A stretch of DNA of 64,000 bases. Source: Tubulanus polymorphus (Eukaryota > Animalia > Nemertea). The position numbers were made by a program, and so were the translations under genes. This document shows positions 23,373-36,231 of the stretch, one piece after another; the first letter of the stretch is position 1; each line of letters begins with the position of its first letter. Location of the stretch: assembly GCF_964204645.1 (NCBI RefSeq), contig NC_134032.1, positions 2,166,416 through 2,230,415 on the forward strand. The letters run 5' to 3'. The notes under the pieces are model-generated. The model saw only the letters and a list, made by a program, of their open reading frames with translations, ran no database searches and was not told the DNA's origin.

Positions 23373-23581
23373 GTTTGCTATACGACTACACCGGGTCGTA
23401 CAACGCTACGTTCATCGCCGGCGGGGTCTGCATCGCTATTTCCGGTTTCATGATGTTCTCCGTTTCGTTGATCGAGAAATGCGACAACGCTCGTGAACAG
23501 CGCCACCTACAGCGAGAACTGGACGAACAACGGCGCCATCTAGCGGATAAAGAATTGTCCGCTGCCGTGCCGCTGGTCTGA
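23373..23581 (+). CDS. SLC16 transporter, terminal coding exon (G|LLYDYTGSYNATFIAGG…AAVPLV*)
   Basis: Acceptor ttattttcAG at 23371-23372. The phase-1 join restores the conserved GPPIAGLLYD motif. Candidate AATAAA signals at 26263 and 26461. Confidence 0.95.
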
Positions 23582-23647
23582 CGAAACTTATCGCGTTAGG
23601 ATTATGAATTTGGCTTCGTTTGGACCTAATCGGTAGTTGGCGTCCAG

Positions 23648-23863
23648 ACCATCGAGATGATCGAAAGCATAAACAGTGGTTTAAGCCGCTTATTGGGCTC
23701 GATAATTCGCAGTTCCTGGGTTCGAATCCCAGCGGTGTCGCATAGTTTTTGATCTAGTCTTTTGAGAAAGCTCGAATATGCTATTAATATCAGGAGTGGC
23801 GCTCAGTGGGTTGAGACCGACCCACTACTAATGCCCTGGATGGGGCTCCGGTTAACAACAAAA
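23648..23863 (+). mobile_element. tRNA-derived SINE-like insertion in the SLC16 3' region
   Basis: AGTGGTTTAAG D-arm remnant, T-arm CTGGGTTCGAATCCCAG, internal hairpin AGTGGGT…ACCCACT, AACAACAAAA tail. Confidence 0.55.
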
Positions 23864-23909
23864 ATACCGAATATGCGATTAGTTAAGTGTTCGACTACTG
23901 GTTAACGGC

Positions 23910-24190
23910 CTGATTGGTTGATTGATTGTTTGAATAGCTGATTTACTAATGAATTGACTGATTGTATGGTCGATTGGTTAATTGGTATTTGCTGGTTGGT
24001 TGATTGATTGGTTGATCGATTGATTGATTGATTGATTGATTTGTTGATTGATCGGTTGATTGATTTGTTGGTTGATCGGATGTTCGATTGCTTGATTGAT
24101 TTATTGATTGATTGGTTGATTGATCGGTCGATTGATTTGTTGGTTGATTGGCTGGTTGATTGGTCGATTGATTGGATTGATTGGTCGATT
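23910..24190 (+). repeat. Degenerate (GATT/GGTT)n microsatellite
   Basis: Read directly. Confidence 0.9.
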
Positions 24191-24876
24191 TATCAGTATG
24201 GCGTATCTTTCAAATCATTGGTGCTGACAGAATATCTGTGTATTACAATCATATGAATAACAAACTAGCTGTGATATTATCGGGACCTTGTGGCTTGATC
24301 AGGGATCAGAAAACAGGTCCCGCGTCAGTATTTAGCTGCTCTCAGGGTCGCTGTACCCTGCATCCCTTCAGACGTACATCGCCGTCCATACAAACAGCGA
24401 TCTTCAACATTTCAAATGAGATAATGAACTGCAGTTTGCAGTGACCTAACGAACACCAACAAACATATTACACATTTCCTCTACGGGGACTAGTAACAAT
24501 GGCGTACCCGCAGCTATCCCACCAGGTGGCGTGACGAGCAGTAGGTTGTTCGTCGTCAAAATTAGTTCATTTTCGATGAACTTTGAACTGATCTTTTTTT
24601 TTCCTGAATCCATATGTTATCGCAGTACCCACCAAATATACAATACTTTCATTCTGCTCATATATCGGACAAAGTCTCCATAAATAATTGATTCATTTAA
24701 GAGAAAAGTTCGTTTTGATTTAATTGAAATGTCGAAGTAACCGAACGCAGACGACCAGCCATCTACTGGCGACACCTGGCGGATCCTCGCCTGCCATACG
24801 GGAATCCTCGATTGCCACAGTGGCACTGCGGGTACCACATTGATAGTGAATGACCAACCGCAGTATTATATCCCTG

Positions 24877-24985
24877 GACCCAGTTCCACAGTCGTGAGTT
24901 AGAGTTAAATCTGGGTTAAAATTAGTTCATTTCCAATGATTTAACTCTCGAGTCAAATCTTAACTCAGAACTGTGGAACTGAGTC
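24877..24985. mobile_element. Harbinger-like MITE family C, full copy
   Basis: TIRs GACCCAGTTCCACAG / CTGTGGAACTGAGTC; CTG TSD on both sides. Confidence 0.85.
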
Positions 24986-25210
24986 CTGTATGATAAAAAG
25001 AAAGTGTTTCTATTTTACAGTTGCTGGGATACTGCTACCCCGATCATTGGTCTCATAGATAATCAAGTCCCTGTGGTTCCCTTGCCATGAATAATGACAA
25101 ATCAGATCGTACAGACTTCAGGTCCAGTCATATGATGGTTGTCCGAAGGGGTACACGGTCCAGGCAACAGATTGCCCGAAGGGGTGAAGGTTACAGGCAG
25201 CAAATTGATA

Positions 25211-25393
25211 CAGTGGAACCTCGTTACAACGAACTTCACAGGACCAGAAAATCTGTTCGTTATAACCGATAGTTCACTGTTATATCTAGTATGAAATTAA
25301 TCAAATGTTCCTACTTGGGACGAAATTCTATATTTGTTGTTGGTTGGTCTGATGAATCGTTGTATCCGAGTTCGTTGTAACGAGGTTCCACTG
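25211..25393. mobile_element. Tc1/mariner (pogo/Tigger-like) MITE
   Basis: 25-bp perfect TIR CAGTGGAACCTCGTTACAACGAACT. TA on the left flank; the right flank is not TA. Confidence 0.85.
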
Positions 25394-25688
25394 CGCGTGC
25401 ACGATTACTAATTTACACGGAATATTATTTCATCTCAGGGTTGTCTACGGGTATACATCAAAAATCATATCTCACGCTCAGGTCCATACAGCCTCGATTG
25501 TGGCTCTGAATTCATCGCCCGAACATAATTATAGTCGGTAAAATGTTCTAGACACTGATTTCGACGCGTACTTTATTCGTAGTTGATCTTGCATAGAATC
25601 CAATTTTGTCCAAGCACAGTTCATGATACCTGGAATGATTCGTATAAGATTCAGCGTGTTTTGCGTTCGGTGTATTTTGCATACAAGA

Positions 25689-26218
25689 ACCAGTTTCACA
25701 GTCGTGACTTAGTCAAAACGTGATCTTGAATCATAAGGCTGGTCTCAGGTTGTTTGATTGGTTATAGAAAATGAGCTGAGACTGGTCTTAACTTGTTAGA
25801 TTCGATATAGAACCAAAATGAACAGAGTTTGTTAAGTTTTTTTGTCGGTTATGAGTTTTAGACTAGTCGTAAGTTGTTAAATTGGTTATGGAACCAGAAT
25901 AAGCTTAGACTGGTCTTAAGTTGTTAGATTGGATATAGAACCGAAATGAGCTTAGACTGGTCTTAAGTTGTTAGATTGGTAATAAAACCAAATTGAGCAT
26001 AGTTTGGTAGGTTTTTTAAGTTGGTTACGAGTTTAGACTGGTCTTACGTTGTTAAATTGGTTATTGGACAAAAATAAGCATAAATTGGTCTTAAGCTGTT
26101 AGATAGGGTTTATACCTGAAATGAGCTTAGACTGGTCTTAAGTTGTAAGATTAGTAATAGAACCATAATAAGTCAAAATAGGCTGGTCTTAAGTTGTTAG
26201 ATTGTAGCCTAGAACCGA
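25689..26218 (-). repeat. Family A MITE end followed by degenerate 47-bp units
   Basis: ACCAGTTTCACAGTCGTGACTTAG terminus, then reverse-oriented family A units. Confidence 0.8.
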
Positions 26219-27859
26219 GATGGCCTAACAGTGGAATTAAATCTAAAATGTCTTGTATCGTCAATAAACTATTTTATTTTCAGTATTTTATGTTATGATC
26301 GTATTTTGCTGTCGTGGTAAGATTCAGTATCGCGGTTTGGAGTTGTTATATCGGGATAAAGAGTTGTATTTGATAGGTGGAATTGTTGTACGTTGTAGCG
26401 ATCGACCTACGTCATTGTTATATACGAACGTGTCTTATAGAATATGTCCAACTTTTATGAAATAAATTCGGCCTCTTACAGAGAAGTTTCATTAAGTTGT
26501 GGTTCGTCTCTTGTGGTGGTTGACCTCAGTCGAAGGGATATATTCATATAATCTGGAGCTCACTAGACTATGCTCTTGTGTAAGTCTTTGAGAGAAGGAG
26601 AGGGTTGGAGATACCTCGCCCTAGACTCATGATGCTGTAGTGGAACCCCCTGGCAAACCACCACCAGGTTTTTTCTAGAACTGAACTTCCTTATTTAGTC
26701 TTCGAACTGGTAAGAATAAACTCCAGATACACCGCCTTTCTTTCTATACTAAGCTATTGGTTCATCTTCCAACCAAAGATATCTAAGTTGAAGCCCCGAA
26801 CAGGGTACACGTACACATATCATTGATTTGGCTCGACTTAAAATGTGTGTAAAAAGTTTCTTACTAATACAATGATCATTCCTGGCATTGGAGGATTTTA
26901 AAAACATTTATCAAACACTCCCAAAAACAGATTTCAAAGGAGCAGGAAATGTAATTTTATTTTTCAGATTCTAATAACGAATAGATTGATCAAAACGGAG
27001 CGAATAAGCGAAAGGAAGTTTGAAAGTGTCGTTTCATGGGGAGCAGGTATGTGCACCAGTGGTTCTAAGAATGAACACACCTTCCAAGACAGCGTCTTCG
27101 GAATCTGTCCAGCAATTCATCGGCCGTCAAATCCTTTTCTTTTGCCACAGTCATGGCCCACATAGACGCGAAAATCCCACAGAGGGGAAGCACGAGTGTG
27201 AACGACTCACCTAAAAATAGATATTCTTCGGTACCAGCTTCATAAACCTAGTCACAGATCCTGTATATTACACTACAAGCGCTACTTGATATATTAGAAA
27301 ATATTAGATTGATTTATGTCTAAAATTGATAAATGTGTGAATAACTTACTGATCATCGTAGATAATGTTTTAAACCCTGGAAAATATTTTCGAAGATATA
27401 TCGGGTTTAAAATGGAGGACTATGACATCCGAAGAAATATAGTAGTGAAAATCGTCACAAAACAGAAAACTGAAACTAGAAATATTCATAATTCATAATC
27501 AACTTACGTGTTCAGTAGAACTATCTGAATTCAGTTGTGAATCTAGTTTTGCCGCGGTCTAATATATAACACCAGCCAGACAGTTGTTTTTCATCGCGAT
27601 CTGGTAACTGAATATTACAATGTAAATTTACAGCGTGTTCGATTCAAGTGATCGATAGAAATTTGAAACCATTTTAGTCGAGTTGAACATTTCAGCAAAT
27701 TCAGCTGCGCTTTATCCTGGTTTACAGTCAGTAAATATCGTCCGTATGTTCTAACTAATAATGTCGCTACTGTGTTTTAACAAATTAATCTCGACTGAGC
27801 TAGAAACAGACCACGTTATGTGTTTTATAGTTAAACCTTTTATTTTGTGTGGTGTTAAA

Positions 27860-30800
27860 ATGACCAGTTCTCGGTTGGTTCACTGGGGCTCGAGTAATGA
27901 GCAGTTCTCGGTTGGTTCACTGGGACTCGAGTAATGATCAGTTCTCGGTTGGTTCACTGGGACTCGAGTAATGATCAGTTCTCGGTTGGTTCACTGGGAC
28001 TCGAGTAATGATCAGTTCTCGGTTGGTTCACTGGGACTCGAGTAATGATCAGTTCTCGGTTGGTTCACTGGGACTCGAGTAATGATCAGTTCTCGGTTGG
28101 TTCACTGGGAATCGAGTAATGATCAGTTCTCGGTTGGTTCACTGGGACTCGATTAATGATCAGTTCTCGGTTGGTTCACTGGGACTCGAGTAATGATCAG
28201 TTCTCGGTTGGTTCACTGGGACTCGAGTTATGATCAGTTCTCGGTTGGTTCACCGGGACTCGAGTAATGATCAGTTCTCGGTTGGTTCACTAGGACTCGG
28301 GTAATGATCAGTTCTCGGTTGGTTCACCGGGACTCGAGTAATGATCAGTTCTCGGTTGGTTCACCGGGACTCAAGTTATGATCAGTTCTCGGTTGGTTCA
28401 CCGGGACTCGAGTAATGATCAGTTCTCGGTTGGTTCACTAGGACTCGAGTAATGATCAGTTCTCGGTTGGTTCACTGAGACTCGATTAATGACCAGTTCT
28501 CGGTTGGTTCACTGGGACTCGAGTAATGATCAGTTCTCGGTTGGTTCACTGGGACTCGAGTAATGATCAGTTCTCGGTTGGTTCACTGGGACTCGAGTAA
28601 TGACCAGTTCTCGGTTGGTTCACTGGGACTTGAGTAATGATCAGTTCTCGGTTGGTTCACTAGGACTCGAGTAATACCAGTTCTCGGTTGGTTCACTGAA
28701 ACTCGAGTAATGATCAGTTCTCGGTTGGTTCACTGGGACTCGAGTAATGATCAGTTCTCGGTTGGTTCACTGGGACTCGAGTAATGATCAGTTCTCGGTT
28801 GGTTCACTGGGACTCGATTAATGACCAGTTCTCGGTTGGTTCACTGGGACTCGAGTAATGATCAGTTCTCGGTTGGTTCACTGAGACTCGAGTAATGATC
28901 AGTTCTCGGTTGGTTCACTGGGACTCGATTAATGACCAGTTCTCGGTTGGTTCACTGGGGCTCGAGTAATGACCAGTTCTCGGTTGGTTCACTGGGACTC
29001 GAGTAATGATCAGTTCTCGGTTGGTTCACTAGGACTCGATTAATGATCAGTTCTCCGTTGGTTCACTGAGGCTCGAGTAATGATCAGTTCTCGGTTGGTT
29101 CACTGGGACTCGAGTAATGATCAGTTCTCGGTTGGTTCACTGGTGCTCGAGTAATGACCAGTTCTCGGTTGGTTCACTGAGACTCGATTAATGACCAGTT
29201 CTCGGTTGGTTCACTGGGACTCGAGTAATGATCAGTTCTCGGTTGGTTCACTGAGACTCGATTAATGATCAGTTCTCGGTTGGTTCACTGGGACTCGAGT
29301 AATGACCAGTTCTCGGTTGGTTCACTAGGACTCGAGTAATGACCAGTTCTCGGTTGGTTCACTGAGACTCGATTAATGATCAGTTCTCGGTTGGTTCACT
29401 GGGACTCGAGTAATGATCAGTTCTCGGTTGGTTCACTGAGACTCGATTAATGATCAGTTCTCGGTTGGTTCACTGGGACTCGAGTAATGATCAGTTCTCG
29501 GTTGGTTCACTGGGACTCGATTAATGACCAGTTCTCGGTTGGTTCACTGGTGCTCGAGTAATGACCAGTTCTCGGTTGGTTCACTGAGACTCGATTAATG
29601 ACCAGTTCTCGGTTGGTTCACTGGGACTCGAGTAATGATCAGTTCTCGGTTGGTTCACTGGTGCTCGAGTAATGATCAGTTCTCGGTTGGTTCACTGAGA
29701 CTCGATTAATGATCAGTTCTCGGTTGGTTCACTGGGACTCGAGTAATGACCAGTTCTCGGTTGGTTCACTAGGACTCGAGTAATGACCAGTTCTCGGTTG
29801 GTTCACTGAGACTCGATTAATGATCAGTTCTCGGTTGGTTCACTGGGACTCGAGTAATGATCAGTTCTCGGTTGGTTCACTGAGACTCGATTAATGATCA
29901 GTTCTCGGTTGGTTCACTGGGACTCGAGTAATGATCAGTTCTCGGTTGGTTCACTGGGACTCGATTAATGACCAGTTCTCGGTTGGTTCACTGGTGCTCG
30001 AGTAATGACCAGTTCTCGGTTGGTTCATTGAGACTCGATTAATGACCAGTTCTCGGTTGGTTCACTGGGACTCGAGTAATGATCAGTTCTCGGTTGGTTC
30101 ACTGAGACTCGATTAATGATCAGTTCTCGGTTGGTTCACTAGGACTCGAGTAATGACCAGTTCTCGGTTGGTTCACTAGGACTCGAGTAATGACTTGTTC
30201 TCGGTTGGTTCACTGAGACTCGATTAATGATCAGTTCTCGGTTGGTTCACTGGGACTCGAGTAATGATCAGTTCTCGGTTGGTTCACTGAGACTCGATTA
30301 ATGATCAGTTCTCGGTTGGTTCACTGGGACTCGAGTAATGATCAGTTCTCGGTTGGTTCATTGGGACTCGAGTAATGATCAGTTCTCGGTTGATTCACTG
30401 GGACTCGAGTAATGATCAGTTCTCGGTTGGTTCATTGGGACTCGAGTAATGATCAGTTCTCGGTTGATTCACTGGGACTCGAGTAATGATCAGTTCTCGG
30501 TTGGTTCACTGGACTCGATTAATGATCAGTTCTCGGTTGGTTCACTGGGACTCGAGTAATGATCAGTTCTCGGTTGGTTCACTGGGACTCGATTAATGAT
30601 CAGTTCTCGGTTGGTTCACTGGGACTCGAGTAATGATCAGTTCTCGGTTGGTTCACTGGACTCGATTAATGATCAGTTCTCGGTTGGTTCACTGGGACTC
30701 GAGTAATGATCAGTTCTCGGTTGGTTCACTGGGACTCGAGTAATGATCAGTTCTCGGTTGGTTCACTGAGGCTCGAGTAATGACCAGTTCTCGGTTGGTT

Positions 30801-31957
30801 CACTGGGGCTCGAGTAATGACCAGTTCTCGGTTGGTTCACTGGGACTCGAGTAATGATCAGTTCTCGGTTGGTTCACTGGGGCTCGAGTAATGATCAGTT
30901 CTCGGTTGGTTCACTGGGACTCGAGTAATGACCAGTTCTCGGTTGGTTCACTGGGACTCGAGTAATGATCAGTTCTCGGTTGGTTCACTGGGACTCGAGT
31001 AATGATCAGTTCTCGGTTGGTTCACTGGGACTCGAGTAATGATCAGTTCTCGGTTGGTTCACTGGGACTCGAGTAATGATCAGTTCTCGGTTGGTTCACT
31101 GGGACTCGAGTAATGATCAGTTCTCGGTTGGTTCACTGGGACTCGAGGAATGATCAGTTCTCGGTTGGTTCACTGAGGCTCGAGTAATGACCAGTTCTCG
31201 GTTGGTTCACTGGGACTCGAGTAATGACCAGTTCTCGGTTGGTTCACTGGGACTCGAGTAATGATCAGTTCTCGGTTGGTTCACTGGGACTCGAGTAACG
31301 ATCAGTTCTCGGTTGGTTCACTGGGGCTCGAGTAATGATCAGTTCTCGGTTGGTTCACTGAGACTCGAGTAATGATCAGTTCTCGGTTGGTTCACTGGGA
31401 CTCGAGTAATGACCAGTTCCCGGTTGGTTCACTGAGACTCGAGTAATGATCAGTTCTCGGTTGGTTCACTGGGACTCGAGTAATGATCAGTTCTCGGTTG
31501 GTTCACTGAGACTCGAGTAATGATCAGTTCTCGGTTGGTTCACTGAGGCTCGAGTAATGATCAGTTCTCGGTTGGTTCACTGGGGCTCGAGTAATGATCA
31601 GTTCTCGGTTGGTTCACTGAGACTCGAGTAATGATCAGTTCTCGGTTGGTTCACTGGGGCTCGAGTAATGATCAGTTCTCGGTTGGTTCACTAGGACTCG
31701 AGTAATGATCAGTTCTCGGTTGGTTCACTGAGACTCGAGTAATGATCAGTTCTCGGTTGGTTCACTGAGACTCGAGTAATGATCAGTTCTCGGTTGGTTC
31801 ACTGGGACTCGATTAATGACCAGTTCTCGGTTGGTTCACTGGGGCTCGAGTAATGATCAGTTCTCGGTTGGTTCACTGGGACTCGAGTAATGACCAGTTC
31901 CCGGTTGGTTCACTGGGACTCGAGTAATGATCAGTTCTCGGTTGGTTCACTGGGACT
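27860..31957 (+). repeat. 37-bp satellite family E, about 4.1 kb, about 110 units
   Basis: Highly homogeneous CAGTTCTCGGTTGGTTCACTGGGACTCGAGTAATGAT units with no spacers. Confidence 0.99.
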
Positions 31958-32044
31958 TTCTTTAAGATTTTGTGGAATTGCTGGATGTTGTTTCATCCGG
32001 GTAATGTACATGTTAGTCTGATTCCGTCAGATATGTATTACTGT

Positions 32045-32392
32045 AACGTGAAGTGTGGATGATCAGTTTTTGAAAGTGTGCTGATAAAATGTCTAATGTC
32101 TGGTGATTGTAGTTCATTTTCAATTAGAAATGTCTCAGGTGAAGCACTGAACACATGTGAAGTGTGGATGTTCAGTTTTTGAAAGTGCGCTGATAAAATG
32201 TCTAATTGATGTTTGTAGTTCATTTTCAATTAGAAATGTCTCAGGTGAAGCACTGAACACATGTGAAGTGTAGACGATCAGTCTTTGAAAGTGTGCTGAT
32301 AAAATGTCTAATATCCGGTGTTGGTAGTTCATTTTCAATTTGAAATGTCTCAGGTGAAGTTCTGAATGTGAAGTTCATGTGAAGTGTCGACG
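32045..32392 (+). repeat. About 106-117-bp tandem repeat, about 3 units
   Basis: GTGAAGTGT…GAAATGTCTCAGGTGAAG recurs. Confidence 0.88.
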
Positions 32393-33106
32393 TTTTTGCA
32401 AAATAGACTGTTTTCGGGTCACCCGCCCTCGACGTTTTCCGTCGTTTCATACGACAATAATATAGACACGACTGTCAGACCACATCGTGTTTGTCGTTTG
32501 TACGTTCGTGCGCTGTATAATTAATTGTCTACGAGATGGCGCCACTTACCTGGAAATCAGAGATCAGCCAGGTAGTGTTCTTTTCTTTAAAAAAAGTCAG
32601 GGATTGTCAGGTAATTTGGTAATAGAGCTGAATATCAGGCTTCAGTCACAGAAATTTGTTGAGGGTTGCTATTTAGTCGCACGTAAAACCAGAGTTTTTT
32701 CCCTATATATGTCTTTTCTGTTTTGTTAATCCATTGGATGCTCAACAGTCAGCAGGGAAAACAATGAACACGTCTGGGAATAGTCAGGGGGAAAGCGAGT
32801 CAATTAAAAGCTGCCAAGATTTTGTCTGTTGGTGAAATACTCGAGTTGTTGCGCAAGTTGAGATAGTTGAAGGAATGTAGAAGTAACATTAACAGGTCCG
32901 TGGGTTCTTTGAGTAAAAACACGAGTAATCTCGGCGAACCCATTTGTATCCCGTGAGCTTGAGGGTTCAAGCTGTGGTCGCAGTACCTTTAGCTATGAAT
33001 GGGGAAACCCCTTACAACTGAGTAGAAAATCCTGTTTCAGCTATGAGTGTTGAAGAATCCTCTCAACATCTCCGAGTCGGGTACCAGTCAGTCGGTTACG
33101 ACATAA

Positions 33107-33464
33107 AGCCTAGCGCACATCGACACTGCGATTGGAGACAACTAGTTGCAAGGCAGTTTTCGGCGCATGAGAGGAACTGGCTGGATACGATCAGTTGCTT
33201 GAATTTGTCGATGTGAGCGAGCTTACGATTGGTAAGCGTCGATCTATCTCCAGTTCCAGCCAGTTGCCCATGTTCTACTTTTGAGCACCTGGTTGTACTC
33301 AATCGCAGTCATATCCGTCGATGTGCGCGCTCTGGATCTCGACGGTCGACACGCGCCACGCAGTTGCTGCAACTGACCGGTTGTAACTAGATTTCGATGT
33401 GCGCGGGGTAATCGTTCGGTAGCAACTAGTTGTCTCCAATCGCAGTGTCGATGTGCGCTAGGCT
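33107..33464. mobile_element. Young PIF/Harbinger-type MITE
   Basis: 43-bp perfect TIR AGCCTAGCGCACATCGACACTGCGATTGGAGACAACTAGTTGC; TAA TSD (33104-33106, 33465-33467). Confidence 0.93.
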
Positions 33465-34075
33465 TAAGGGATACGCTAAAAATCCCGTCATTTTTGGTAT
33501 TAGCTTCTTCATGCGCTCCGTGATTTTAAAGCTAATTTAATATGAATGAGCTCTAATTCACCTCGTGTCCTAATCTACCGAGTCTGATAATTATCGCTAG
33601 CGATTAAACACTTCTATAATGAATTCGTCCCGTACCGAGGCGCGGATGAGTAGTTTTATGAAGTGAGACGGGGAATATTAGCGCAACGACGCGAAGTGCC
33701 AAGCTGCCGATTCGCCATCCGTCGTTCCGTCGATCGGATTTGCATTTTAATGAACGCCGACACGTTACGCGGTGCGTTGAACGGTTTAAAGTAGCAGCGT
33801 CACGGAAACGCGGTGAAAAACGTAAAAACCACCGGGGGAAACGTTTGTAGTTTTTAAAGTCGACTCAAGAATTCAGTTTTTCTTCTCTTGCCCAGGATTA
33901 TGACAGTAGCTGAATATATACACAATTCCATCCGGAGCCACCCCATATTGGAAGGGTTGGCTCCTAATAAAATCAAATGTTCATTATTGTGCTATATACC
34001 ACGGTGACCATCGTGATTTCAGTCTAAAAACGGTCTCAAATCTTAAGTTTGTGTTTAAGACTGTGTAACTATATG

Positions 34076-34858
34076 TCTTAAGTTGTTAGATTGGCTATAG
34101 AACCAAAATCAGCTTAGATTGGTCTTAAGTTGTTAGATTGGTTATAGAACTAAAATGAGCTTAGATTGGTCTTAAGTTGTTAGATTGGTTATAGAACCAA
34201 AATGAGCTTAGATTGGTCTTAAGTTGCTAGATTGGCTATAGAACTAAAATGAGCTTAGACCGGTCTTAAGTTGTTAGATTGGCTATAGAACTAAAATGAG
34301 CTTAGATTGGTCTTAAGTTGTTAGATTGGTTATAGAACTAAAATGAGTTTAGACTGGTCTTAAGTTGTTAGATTGGTTATAGAACTAAAATGAGCTTAGA
34401 CCGGTCTTAAGTTGTTAGATTGGCTATAGAACTAAAATGAGCTTAGATTGGTCTCAAGTTGTTAGATTGGTAATAGAACTAAAATGAGCTTAGACTGGTC
34501 TTAAGTTGTTACATTTGCTATAGAACCAAAATCAGCTTAGATTCGTCTTAAGTTGTTAGATTGGCTATAGAACTAAAATGAGCTTAGACTAGTCTTAAGT
34601 TGTTAGATTGGTTATAGAACCAAAATGAGCTTAGACTGGTGTTAAGTTGTTAGATTGGTTATGGAACCAAAATGAGTTTAGACTGGTCTTTTGAAGTTGT
34701 TAGATTGGCTATAGAACTAAAATGTGCTTAGACTGGTCTTAAGTTGTTAGATTGGTTATGGAACCAAAATGAGCTTAGACTGGTCTTTCAAAGTTGTTAG
34801 ATTGTTTAAATATGACTAAAATGACCTTAGGTCATACGTAAGTTGTTAAATTGGCTAC
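34076..34858 (-). repeat. 47-bp minisatellite family A, about 16 units
   Basis: Reverse-oriented units. Confidence 0.95.
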
Positions 34859-35659
34859 AGTATGGTCTAACATCCAGTGCTACGACTGGCCTTAGAATTC
34901 TAAAAATCTAATACCATGCAATACAACCATAGAATTCTTGCATCAAGACTCGAATATCTGGGCACAATAATTAACTCTGAGCACACAACAGATACACGCC
35001 GCATATTCATCCATACCCACTGCGTATACAATAAACATTTTTACAGATGGGCCATTTTCAAACCATTGAATTCCCGCAATTCTAATGAGTTTTTGAATAA
35101 CATACGTTGCCAATTGTTCAGAATCTTGCACTCAACCCGCCCGTACAATGAACACTGCTTAGCAATTTAAACGTTTTAAAATATTTCAAAAGCCGCACGC
35201 TTTCAATGGAAAGTCAGCGTATAATTTCTTTTTTCGTAGTTTTAGGGTCTCGTGAAAGATAAAGATATAGAATGAGTCTCTTTTCGCTCGCCAGACGAGT
35301 CGGCACGTGTCCACCATGGACCAGAAAATAACCTGAGCCTCCCCCCGTTTTATATATACTTTCAATTATATTCGCGATTTATAGAATCGATACGGGCTCG
35401 ACGACCGGTCTGTTATTACTGCCAGCTGGTCTATTCTCCTATGTCGTAAATCTTTTAAGGGGTAAAAACACGAAACCAGTTATAAATTAACAGAAATTAT
35501 GTATAAATTGCATTGTACCCCTCATTCAACCCAACTAGATGGACCCAGAGGCTATTTCCACAGGGGCTCGTGTTTGTAGTTTGGGGGTGAACTGCAGCTT
35601 AGATTATCTGCAATATTCCTGGTAAAATTGGCTATAACCCCCGGCCGCTAAAAAGACTG

Positions 35660-35878
35660 AAATTGTGCGGGAAACACCTCTAAATGCCGTGGTCCCGTAG
35701 TGAGATTGAATGACCAATCCAATAGGGTTATTCTTTGGAAAACATCGGGTTCAGTGCTGAGTGACAAGCGGGTTTGAGTCCTGCTGGCTGCTTACAGTGT
35801 GCGGGCAACACGGCCGTGGTCGTGGAATAGGGTTCAGTCTTGGGATGGGAAACTAAGATCCAAATGACATAAAGCAAA
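35660..35878 (+). mobile_element. Fragments of a tRNA-derived SINE family (other copies at 36232-36392 and 56638-56810)
   Basis: Shared CTGAGT(A/G)ACAAG(T/C)GGGTT(C/T)GAGTCCT…CAGTGTGCGGG(C/T)AACA…GGCCG core. Confidence 0.7.
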
Positions 35879-36230
35879 CAACTGTGGAACTGGATTCAGA
35901 GTCAAATTAAACCCACACGACTGTGGAACTGGATTCAGAGTCAAATTAAATCCACACAACTAGTGGAACTGGGTCCAGAATCAAATCAAACCCACTCAAC
36001 TGTGGAACTGGATTCAGAGTCAAATTTAACCCACACAACTGTGGAACTGGGTCCAGAATCAAATCAAACCCACTCAACTGTGGAATTGGATTCAGAGTCA
36101 AATTAAACCCACACAACTGTGAAATCGAATCCAAAATCAAATCAAACCCACTCAACTGTGGAACTGGATTCAGAGTCAAATTAAACCCACACAACTGCGG
36201 AACTGGATTCAGAGTCAAATTAAACCCACA
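35878..36230 (-). repeat. 39-bp minisatellite family B, about 9 units
   Basis: Reverse-oriented units. Confidence 0.95.
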
Positions 36231-36231
36231 C

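Noticed and set aside
27860-31957. CRISPR-like array (37-bp period)
   Set aside because: Units are contiguous with no unique spacers, there are no cas genes and the context is eukaryotic; it is a satellite.
32038-32450. Three similar ORFs suggesting a repeat protein
   Set aside because: Unit lengths are not multiples of three and the frames shift; non-coding tandem repeat.
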